A DNA stretch of 64,000 bases from Bacteroidota bacterium. Lineage in GTDB: Bacteria; Bacteroidota; Bacteroidia; Chitinophagales; Chitinophagaceae. This document shows positions 37,771 through 46,161 of the stretch, piece by piece. Position 1 is the first letter of the stretch. Each line of letters begins with the position of its first letter. A model generated the notes under the pieces. It saw nothing but the letters and a program-made list of their open reading frames with translations. It made no database searches and had not been told where the DNA came from. The translations under genes and the position numbers were made by a program. Where the stretch lies: NCBI GenBank assembly GCA_043781975.1, contig JAYWAZ010000165.1:9144-73143 (forward strand), in the 5' to 3' direction.

Positions 37771-38989
37771 ATATATAGAAAATAAGATAATAGAGGCATT
37801 AAATGCATCTGACCATGCATTTAATGAAGCATCATGGAAAAAAATGGAGGCGATGCTGGATCAAAAGAAAGACAAACGCAGGCCTTTATTCTGGATCTTC
37901 AGTGCGCTTATCTTGGGAGTATTGCTTTTGGGCGCCGGAATTATTTATCGGGCAATTAATAAAAATGAGCAATCAGAAAATACAGGTAAACAAATTGCTA
38001 ATAAAAACACGGATAAGCAAACACCACCTACATTAAATGGCACCGATGATATAGCAACCGTGCCACAAACGGCTCAGCCGGAAAAAAAAACAAATAACAC
38101 TAATGCGGCCGATGATAATTACAATACGGCTAATAAAAATATTTACAAAGACAAAGCCGGGTATGCCCTGAGGATCAGGGCGCCGGAGCTGGAAAATGAT
38201 CAGAATAAAAGTGAAAATAAAACAGAGAGGGGCATTTATACTTATAAAATAGCTACCAAAAAAACAACAACTCATTACAAAGGAACCGACATCAATAAAC
38301 CTGAAACAGTTAATAAGTCTGACACAGCCCTTAAAAAAATCGGCACCGTAGCAAAAACCGAAGACAAAAAAGAGAAAAAGAAAAAAAGCAATGCAGGTTT
38401 TTACGTGTTTGCCGCTGTGGGCATGGAAGCGAATGCTACCAAATTATTAATGGTTAAAAACAGCAGTATTACGCCGGTATATGGAATTGGTTTAGGTTAC
38501 CAGTTTAACAGGCGACTGAGTGTGCAAACCGGATTTTATGCCGGTGCAAAAAAATATATAGCCGGCCCCAATGATTATACTGCAAAAGCAGGGTCTTATT
38601 TAACTACAGTAAAAATAATAAAAGTAAATGCCAACTGTATGGTATATCAGGTGCCGGTTACTGTACAATATAACTGGCTTATCAGGCCTAAAGCAAATTA
38701 TTATGCAGCTATTGGTGTATCCAGCTATATCATGAAAAAAGAAAAGTATGATTACACTTTCGAAAGAAATTCTATGCAGTATAGCTATCCTTATGAGTAT
38801 ACAAAGAATAAACACCTGTTTGCCTCCTTACAGTTATCGCTTGGCATGGAAAAGCAAATAGGGCATAAATTATTTATACAAGCAGCTCCTGCCATTATTT
38901 TACCGCTGCGGGGTGTTGGCGAGGGCAGCGTAAAAATATTTACAACGAATCTACATGTGGGGCTTAAATATTTTCCGTTTAAGCAGTAA
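37748..38989 (+). CDS. Putative anti-sigma-like protein: TM anchor, low-complexity linker, C-terminal outer-membrane beta-barrel
   Basis: Overlaps the sigma stop; WKKMEAMLD then TM; N/K/T-rich linker; beta strands ending GLKYFPF; start 37748 or 37736. Confidence 0.75.
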   Translation: MSNEEQYKYIENKIIEALNASDHAFNEASWKKMEAMLDQKKDKRRPLFWIFSALILGVLLLGAGIIYRAINKNEQSENTGKQIANKNTDKQTPPTLNGTDDIATVPQTAQPEKKTNNTNAADDNYNTANKNIYKDKAGYALRIRAPELENDQNKSENKTERGIYTYKIATKKTTTHYKGTDINKPETVNKSDTALKKIGTVAKTEDKKEKKKKSNAGFYVFAAVGMEANATKLLMVKNSSITPVYGIGLGYQFNRRLSVQTGFYAGAKKYIAGPNDYTAKAGSYLTTVKIIKVNANCMVYQVPVTVQYNWLIRPKANYYAAIGVSSYIMKKEKYDYTFERNSMQYSYPYEYTKNKHLFASLQLSLGMEKQIGHKLFIQAAPAIILPLRGVGEGSVKIFTTNLHVGLKYFPFKQ

Positions 38990-39041
38990 AATCAAGGCAA
39001 CCTTTTTCAAAAAAATTGCGTTCTCATTTAAACTACTATTA

Positions 39042-40352
39042 ATGAAAAAAATATTCACTTTAATTACAGCATCCTCTTTGTGCATGATCATTTTGGATGT
39101 AAGCTGCAGTAAAGGCAGCTCTACGCCGCCGCCGCCTTCAAATCCCTGTGCCGGCGTTACCATTGTTGTAACGGGCTCCACCACCCCAACGTCAACTCCA
39201 ACGGCATCGAATGGCAGTATCATTGCATCGGCATCTGGCAGCACAGGCTTTACCTTTAGTTTGAACGGAGGTACGGCACAGACATCGGGTACATTCAGCG
39301 GTCTTGCTGCCGGCAGCTATTCTGTTACTGCAAAAGATGCCAACGGATGTGCAGGTTCCCAAACATTTTCCGTAACAGCAACACCCTGTCCTTCTATAAC
39401 AATAACAGCAACCATAACACAAACTACTACCCCAAGTGCAACAAACGGATCAATAGCTGCCACGGCTGCCGGCAGTACCGGGTTCACCTATAATATTAAC
39501 GGAGGCACTTTTCAGGTAAGCGGCACTTTTACTAACCTGGCTGTAGGCAGCTATACCATTATTGCAAAAGATGTGAATGGCTGCACTGGTTCAAATTCCT
39601 TTAGTGTAACATCAGCATCCTGCCCTATCATCAATTTAAACACAACACCGACAAATACATCGGGGCCAACTGCAACAAATGGGAGTATAGTTGCCGTTGC
39701 AAGTGGAGGTATTGCACCGCATACTTACAGTAAGGATGGCGGTATTAGTTTTCAGCCAACAGGTACATTTAATAATCTGGCAGTTGGTACCTATGCCGTT
39801 GTAGCAAAGGATGTAAATGGTTGCTTAAGTGCATCGGTTAGTACAGTTGTTGGTTCTACCTGTCCTACCATTACTGCAAGTACTACAACTGTGAATACCA
39901 TTAAGTGCGAGAGTAACACAGGCAGTATTACCATAACTGCAGGGGGCAGTACAGGTTTTATGTATAACTTAAACGGCGGTTCTTTCCAGGTTTCCAATTT
40001 ATTCAGTTCATTGGCAGCGGGTACTTTTAACTATGGAGTAAGAGACCTGAACGGTTGTTTAAAAACAGGTACTGCTACCGTAAACCTGGCTCCCGCCGGC
40101 CCCTTATTTTTAGCCGTTAAAGCAGTATTGGCTGTTAATTGTGCCATACCCGGATGTCACAGTTTACCATCACCACAAAATGGGCTTGATTTTGCCGATG
40201 ATTGTACCATTGTATCACAGGGATTAAGAATTAAAGCAAGGGCTGTGGATGCAAACCCATCGCAAATGCCACCAACCGGGCCGCCATTATCAAATGCCGA
40301 CAAACAAAAAATTATTGATTGGTTAAATGCAGGAGGAAAGCATAATAATTAA
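39042..40352 (+). CDS. Lipoprotein with four SprB-type repeats and C-terminal cytochrome c-like domain
   Basis: MKK...LDVSC lipobox; 4 repeats with GSI...F..LA.G.Y....KD.NGC; CAIPGCH...MPP...IIDWLNAG. Confidence 0.8.
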   Translation: MKKIFTLITASSLCMIILDVSCSKGSSTPPPPSNPCAGVTIVVTGSTTPTSTPTASNGSIIASASGSTGFTFSLNGGTAQTSGTFSGLAAGSYSVTAKDANGCAGSQTFSVTATPCPSITITATITQTTTPSATNGSIAATAAGSTGFTYNINGGTFQVSGTFTNLAVGSYTIIAKDVNGCTGSNSFSVTSASCPIINLNTTPTNTSGPTATNGSIVAVASGGIAPHTYSKDGGISFQPTGTFNNLAVGTYAVVAKDVNGCLSASVSTVVGSTCPTITASTTTVNTIKCESNTGSITITAGGSTGFMYNLNGGSFQVSNLFSSLAAGTFNYGVRDLNGCLKTGTATVNLAPAGPLFLAVKAVLAVNCAIPGCHSLPSPQNGLDFADDCTIVSQGLRIKARAVDANPSQMPPTGPPLSNADKQKIIDWLNAGGKHNN

Positions 40353-40388
40353 ATCCGTTGCCATGCATTCAAAAAGTAAAACAGGCAC

Positions 40389-41273
40389 ATGAAAAAAATT
40401 GTATTCGCTGTTATTTTGGGGCTAACTGTTGGTCAGGCTATGGCTCAGGATTCAACCCATCGCTTACATCGTTATGAGGATAAAGCGGCTTTGCAAAAAA
40501 TAACCGGCACTTTCAAATCAACCAGAGTAATTAATGCACACTCTACCGAAATGCTGCATAAAGGCGAGTTAGACTTCAGGATCATGCATCGCTTTGGTGT
40601 GATCAAAAATGGGCTTAAAGATCTTTTTGGGTTGGATGTTGCCAGTATGCGGATGAGTTTTGATTATGGCATCAGTGATAAATGGATGGTTGGTTTGGGC
40701 AGAAGTACTATTTTAAAAGATTTAGATGTATTTGTAAAAACAAGAATACTGCAACAGGCAAATGGGGGAAATAGAATACCGGTTTCCCTCTTATTAGCCG
40801 CCGGGTATATTGTAACAACAATACAATCTTTTGCGGCTGTAAAGCCCGGCTTTGGCGACCGGTCATCTTATTATGTACAGCTTATTGCCGGTCGGAAATT
40901 CAACAAAAACTTCTCCATGCAGCTAAGCCCTTTGTTACTGCATAACAATTCTACTTTAAACCCTACGGATGATAACACTATTTTTGGATTGGGTGGGGGC
41001 CTGAGGTATAAAGTGAGTAAGCGTATCGCAATCATGCTCGATTATCATCATGCTTTTGGCCAGCTTGATGCTGCCATAACCGATCCCCTCTCTGTTGGTG
41101 TAGATATTGAAAGCGGGGGCCACGTATTTCAACTTCATTTTTCCAATGCGACCGGTATGAATGAAAAGGGTTATCTGACACAAACTACCGGAAAGTTCTT
41201 TGAAGGCGGTATTCGGTTTGGATTTAACCTCTCCAGGATATTTCACGTGGGCAAAAACCCGAAAAAATGGTAA
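40389..41273 (+). CDS. DUF5777 family outer-membrane beta-barrel protein
   Basis: FKSTRVIN.HS, LDFRIMHRFG, DIESGGHVFQLHFSN, FGFNLSR.F. Confidence 0.88.
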   Translation: MKKIVFAVILGLTVGQAMAQDSTHRLHRYEDKAALQKITGTFKSTRVINAHSTEMLHKGELDFRIMHRFGVIKNGLKDLFGLDVASMRMSFDYGISDKWMVGLGRSTILKDLDVFVKTRILQQANGGNRIPVSLLLAAGYIVTTIQSFAAVKPGFGDRSSYYVQLIAGRKFNKNFSMQLSPLLLHNNSTLNPTDDNTIFGLGGGLRYKVSKRIAIMLDYHHAFGQLDAAITDPLSVGVDIESGGHVFQLHFSNATGMNEKGYLTQTTGKFFEGGIRFGFNLSRIFHVGKNPKKW

Positions 41274-41471
41274 GACTAATTTTTATCCCTTCACCCCGAT
41301 ACTCCAGATAGCTATCAGATGCTGGCGGAGCTAAATGGCACAACTTGTCCCGATAAAAGGGGAAGTGATCCCACGATCATCATGTTCTGTAATTAATCAT
41401 TTTTGGAAGGGAACACCTTGCGCCAGTAGAAGAGAGCCTATCGACGGCTGTACTTTTGTAAATGTTGTTCT

Positions 41472-41805
41472 TTACCAATCTCTTTCTCTAATCGCATCTT
41501 TAATATCGATGTCAACGTTAAAGTATGTAAGTATATTTTCAACTGTGACACCGATCGAATCTCTGGCAACCATTTCAATATCACTTTCATTCTCATCAAA
41601 TTCTTCTCTAAGCTCATTTATTCTTACCGTCATTTGATCAAGTGCTTTTTGAATTTCATCTTTTGTGTGATTCCCCTCTTCCATCAACTTTACAGTTTCC
41701 TTGATTGCGCCGCTAAATTTGTCAACTAAAAAAAACAGAGAAGTATTTGTCATTGTACATATTTTTCAAGTACTCAAAATCTTCCGGAAGCCTATTTGCA
41801 TCCAT
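41472..41805 (-). pseudogene. DUF5713-like gene interrupted by a +1 frameshift in a T8 tract
   Basis: ATG 41805 gives MDANRLPEDFEYLKNMYNDKYFSVFFS*; removing one T at 41728-41735 gives VFLVDKFS...SDIEMVARDSI...RDW. Confidence 0.75.
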
Positions 41806-42162
41806 TGCAATATTTTTTTCTACTGTACAAATAGCTGATCATTTTGACAACTGTATTACACCACTTCCATAAAAATACATTTACCCAAAATTCTATTGTA
41901 ATGATAAAAATAATTATGGCGGATGATGAGATAAAAAATGTTTACTGTTAGCAAAATCCTAAAACAGGCTGAAGGGGTTTTGAATAGTTATAGCTTTTCC
42001 CTGCCATACAAATCGTATATTAGCAACCTGGCTATATTAAGACCTATATTCGGGGAAACGGGGGCACCATTGTGCTTATAGATGGAAGTGAAGTTGAGTT
42101 GAGCCGGGAGAAAAAAATGATCTTTTACAGCTATTTGAAAAACCATAACAAAACCAATCTGC

Positions 42163-43374
42163 ATGAAAAAAATAACACTGGTAACCTTATCCTTATTACT
42201 GATATTGAGTTCTGCAAATGGACAGGAATACAAAAAACTCCACTTCAAATCCATCGTAGTGGATACGCACAATGATATTCTAACCACCGCTATTGACAAG
42301 AATTTGATCATTGACCAAGACCTCAAAGGCAAGACCAATTCTGATTTGAAACGCTGGGCGGAAGGCGGCGTTGATGTACAAATATTTTCGGTTTGGTGCG
42401 ACGGGCTGAAACAAAACCCCTATGCCTGGGCCAACAGGGAGATGGATACCTTGTTTGCCGTTGCCAATCGTAACCCAGGAAAGATCGCAATGGTAGGCAA
42501 TCCAACAGAACTCTTACAAGCCGTTAAGGAAAAAAAATTAGCCGTCATGTTTGGTGTAGAGGGCGGGCACATGATAGAGAACGACCTCAATAAATTAGAT
42601 AGCTTTTATAAAAAGGGGGTACGGTATATGACCCTCACCTGGAATAATTCCAGCGACTGGGCAACATCAGCACTGGATGAAAGTACGGCCCCGCCTAAAT
42701 CCTCCCCCGAGGGGAGGGCTTCCAAAGACTCTGCAAGGCGAAAAGGTTTAACAGATTTCGGAAAGCAGGTCGTCAGGCGGATGAATGAACTGGGCATGAT
42801 GGTGGACCTTTCTCACGTTGGCGAACAAACGTTTTGGGATGCCATCAATACCACCACTAAACCAGTCATTGTTTCGCACAGCAATGCCTATGCATTATGC
42901 CCCTTCAGGAGGAATTTAAAAGACGACCAGATCCTGGCCGTGGGAAAGAACGGGGGCGTGATACATCTTAATTTCTTTTCTGGTTTTATTGACAGTAATT
43001 TTTTTAAACGCAGTGACGCTTTCAATGAACGACATAAAGCAGAAAGGGATTCAATGCTTAAAATAAACCCGGAGCCTTATTTCAGCGATACCTATCTTTT
43101 TGATAAATATCCTGATGAAGTAAAAGCCCTGCGTCCGCCTTTATCCATGTTAATCGATCATCTGGATTACATTGTAAAACTCATTGGGGTGGATCATGTC
43201 GGACTGGGAAGCGATTTCGACGGCGTCAACTCATTGCCGCTGGAACTGGATGATGTTACGGCCATGCCACTCATCACCAGGGAATTACTAAAAAGAGGTT
43301 ACAGCAAAAAAAATATACGGAAAATACTGGGTGGAAATTTCATGCGCCTTTTTGAAGTCAATATGCCTAAATAA
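42163..43374 (+). CDS. Membrane dipeptidase (peptidase M19)
   Basis: VDTHND, GVEGG, YMTLTWN, DLSH, SHSN, GLGSDFDG, KILGGN. Confidence 0.93.
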   Translation: MKKITLVTLSLLLILSSANGQEYKKLHFKSIVVDTHNDILTTAIDKNLIIDQDLKGKTNSDLKRWAEGGVDVQIFSVWCDGLKQNPYAWANREMDTLFAVANRNPGKIAMVGNPTELLQAVKEKKLAVMFGVEGGHMIENDLNKLDSFYKKGVRYMTLTWNNSSDWATSALDESTAPPKSSPEGRASKDSARRKGLTDFGKQVVRRMNELGMMVDLSHVGEQTFWDAINTTTKPVIVSHSNAYALCPFRRNLKDDQILAVGKNGGVIHLNFFSGFIDSNFFKRSDAFNERHKAERDSMLKINPEPYFSDTYLFDKYPDEVKALRPPLSMLIDHLDYIVKLIGVDHVGLGSDFDGVNSLPLELDDVTAMPLITRELLKRGYSKKNIRKILGGNFMRLFEVNMPK

Positions 43375-43474
43375 ACTCGGCACATATTGCAAAGACCGAA
43401 ATAAAACTTTAGATTAGAGGCATTATCCGATCGTTCAAATTCACCAGACAGAATCATTTCTCTAAATCTTTTAT

Positions 43475-43770
43475 ATGGATGCACTAACTGCAAATAAACC
43501 CCGTATCCAATCCATTGACCTGCTTCGTGGCCTGGTGATGATCATCATGGCGCTGGACCATGTACGTGATTTTTTTCATGCCGGCATGTTCGATCCTACC
43601 GATCTTACCAAAACAAATATGCCGATGGGCCGCTGCCCGGGTATGGGTATAACCTCGGAATTGTATACGGCGTATGGATATCGGTCATCCTCGCATTGTA
43701 CCCCCTTTGTAAATGGTACGATAAATATAAAACAAGCCACAAGGAAAATAAATGGCTGAGTTATTTATGA
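43475..43770 (+). pseudogene. DUF1624/HGSNAT-like membrane protein remnant with large internal deletion
   Basis: N-terminal [25 protein letters not shown] joined out of frame to C-terminal [11 protein letters not shown]...[12 protein letters not shown]...WLSYL*. Confidence 0.85.
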
Positions 43771-43785
43771 CCTATTTAAGATAAA

Positions 43786-44736
43786 ATGTCAGAAGAGCAA
43801 AAACAAGTCCCGGACAATTCTTCACAGCAGCCAGCAGACGCCGTACCTGGACATTTGCATCAAAATATCCCGGCCAGCCATCCTGGGCCACAGGGAGATT
43901 TTGAAAATGTAAATAATCCTGAAGGCACCGACCCCTCCATTGTTAACCTGGCCGCCGAACTGGCCGGCCTGCAACCCGCCATCAAGCAAATGGAAATCCA
44001 TCATCAACACGCGCCACACAAAAAGAGATTACTGGATTATCTCTTTGAATTCTTCATGCTATTCCTTGCCATCACGCTGGGCTTCTTTGTCGAGAACAAA
44101 CGAGAACACCTGACGGAAAGCAAACGTGAACGGCAATACATCCGTTCATTGGTGGAAGACCTGAAGACGGATACTGGAAAGGTCAATTTTATCATGGGCT
44201 ATAACAGCAGCGTGCTCGGAGGCCTCGATTCACTGATCAATACCATTTACCGGTATAAACAAAATGATACGGCCATTGTTTCCAGAATGTACCAGTGGTA
44301 TATCTATTACGCCAGGAACAATTATACCGTGAACTTCACCGACCGGACCATGAGCCAGTTAAAGAATGCCGGGAATTTAAGACTGATCGAATCCCAGCAG
44401 GTGTCAGACAGTATCATTGATTACGATGATGGCGTTAAACTCTGTAATGCACAGGCCTCCGTGAACAGGGAAAAATGTGAAAAAGCCCTGGACTTCTCCG
44501 CTACGATCTTTGATTACCGGTACATCCGTTACGACCCTTCAACCCCGGTCAACAGCAACTACCCCGTTCTTCATTATAAATTGCTGACCGATGATCCCAC
44601 TGTGCTCAGCAGGTATGCCAACCTGTTGGAATTGTGGAAACAGGTGGTCGCGGTTTATATGTCTGATACGCAGGGACAAAAAATAAAAGCCCAACGCCTT
44701 ATGGCTTTCCTGAAAAAAGAATACGACCTCAAATAA
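43786..44736 (+). CDS. Hypothetical single-TM protein, paralog of 21016..21918
   Basis: EFFMLFLAITLGFFVENKREH..E..RERQYIRSLVEDLKTDT; QLKNAGNLRLI; KKEYDLK. Confidence 0.75.
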   Translation: MSEEQKQVPDNSSQQPADAVPGHLHQNIPASHPGPQGDFENVNNPEGTDPSIVNLAAELAGLQPAIKQMEIHHQHAPHKKRLLDYLFEFFMLFLAITLGFFVENKREHLTESKRERQYIRSLVEDLKTDTGKVNFIMGYNSSVLGGLDSLINTIYRYKQNDTAIVSRMYQWYIYYARNNYTVNFTDRTMSQLKNAGNLRLIESQQVSDSIIDYDDGVKLCNAQASVNREKCEKALDFSATIFDYRYIRYDPSTPVNSNYPVLHYKLLTDDPTVLSRYANLLELWKQVVAVYMSDTQGQKIKAQRLMAFLKKEYDLK

Positions 44737-44770
44737 AAAATCATCAGTACCTTATGCAAAATCTCTGAAT

Positions 44771-46114
44771 ATGAAAAAATGGCTCCTTCTTATTTTTTTT
44801 CCGGTTGCTGTTGCCGCGCAAAAAAACACTTCCAAAGAACTGGAAAAATACATGCAGGCCCAGATGACGGTAAAAGGATTCAGCGGCTCCGTGCTGGTGA
44901 TGCAGCACGATAAGGTTTTGCTGAAAAAAGGATACGGCCTGGCCAACAGGGAATGGAATGTTGCCAATACTCCCGATACAAAATTCCGCATCGGGTCCAT
45001 CACCAAACAGTTTACCGCTTCCTGTGTACTGCAATTGGTTGAGTTAGGAAAGCTGAACCTCGATGACAAACTCAGTAAATTCTTCCCCGGTTATCCAAAA
45101 GGTGACAGCGTGACCATCCACATGTTGTTGAACCATACTTCGGGCATTGCCAATTATACCGATCTTCCGGAATTTGATAATGTAGCCCGTTTGTCACGCA
45201 GCAAAGATTCGATGATCGCTTTTTTTAAGAATGCTCCTTATAATTATTCTCCCGGGGCAAAATTCAAATACACGAATTCAGGGTATTTTTTGCTGGGATG
45301 CATCATTGAAAAGATCACGGGGCAATCCTATGAAACTTATGTAAGGGACCACCTCTTTAATATCCTGGAGATGAGCAATACAGGTGTAGACAAGCTGGAC
45401 TCCATTATCCCGATGCATGCGATGGGATATTCAAAAGAAAAAAACAAGATATGGCCGGCGGATTTCATATCGCTGGACTGGCCCTTCAGCGCGGGTATTT
45501 TATTTTCAACGACCGGCGATCTGTATAAATGGGATCGGGCCCTGAATGAAACGGCGATCCTTTCCGCGGCTTCCAAGCAAAAGATGTTTACGCCTGGCAT
45601 GGGCAGGTATGGCTATGGTTTTATAACGGATTCGCTGGAGAACCATTACCGCAACTGGCACAACGGCGGCATTCCCGGTTTTTTTAGCAATATCAGCCGC
45701 TATCCCAATGAAGATGTTTGTGTTATTGTTTTGGCAAATACCGATATCCAGTTGTCCAATGGCCTTACCATTTCAGATGCAATAGCCGACGGCCTTTCCG
45801 GTATCGTTTTTGGGCTGCCGGTAGAAACACCCTATGTGCACACTGCCATGAACATTGATACGTCTTTGCTTGACCGTTATGTTGGAAAATACAAGGCCTT
45901 TTTAACACTGGAGGTCATCAAAAAAGGGGGAATGCTTTTCCGGCACCGAGATAAATCTACGGATATCGAACTGATCCCTGAATCCGATACCAAGTTCTTC
46001 TATAATGACGGCAGCGACCGCCAGTTGGAATTTGAAGTGGATAAGAATGGAAAGGTAGTGAAGATATGGTTCATCAACAATGAGCAACGGGGAGAGATGA
46101 AGAAGGTGGAATAA
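44771..46114 (+). CDS. Secreted serine hydrolase (beta-lactamase-like) with DUF3471-like tail
   Basis: FRIGSITK (SxxK), LLNHTSG, YTNSGY, WHNGG. Confidence 0.9.
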   Translation: MKKWLLLIFFPVAVAAQKNTSKELEKYMQAQMTVKGFSGSVLVMQHDKVLLKKGYGLANREWNVANTPDTKFRIGSITKQFTASCVLQLVELGKLNLDDKLSKFFPGYPKGDSVTIHMLLNHTSGIANYTDLPEFDNVARLSRSKDSMIAFFKNAPYNYSPGAKFKYTNSGYFLLGCIIEKITGQSYETYVRDHLFNILEMSNTGVDKLDSIIPMHAMGYSKEKNKIWPADFISLDWPFSAGILFSTTGDLYKWDRALNETAILSAASKQKMFTPGMGRYGYGFITDSLENHYRNWHNGGIPGFFSNISRYPNEDVCVIVLANTDIQLSNGLTISDAIADGLSGIVFGLPVETPYVHTAMNIDTSLLDRYVGKYKAFLTLEVIKKGGMLFRHRDKSTDIELIPESDTKFFYNDGSDRQLEFEVDKNGKVVKIWFINNEQRGEMKKVE

Positions 46115-46115
46115 A

Positions 46116-46161
46116 GGTAATAGAGTTTACACCTTTCCGGAAAGGTGTAAACTCTATTACC
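46116..46161. repeat. Perfect 46-bp palindrome between convergent genes (possible bidirectional terminator)
   Basis: ggtaatagagtttacacctttcc|ggaaaggtgtaaactctattacc, no spacer. Confidence 0.9.
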
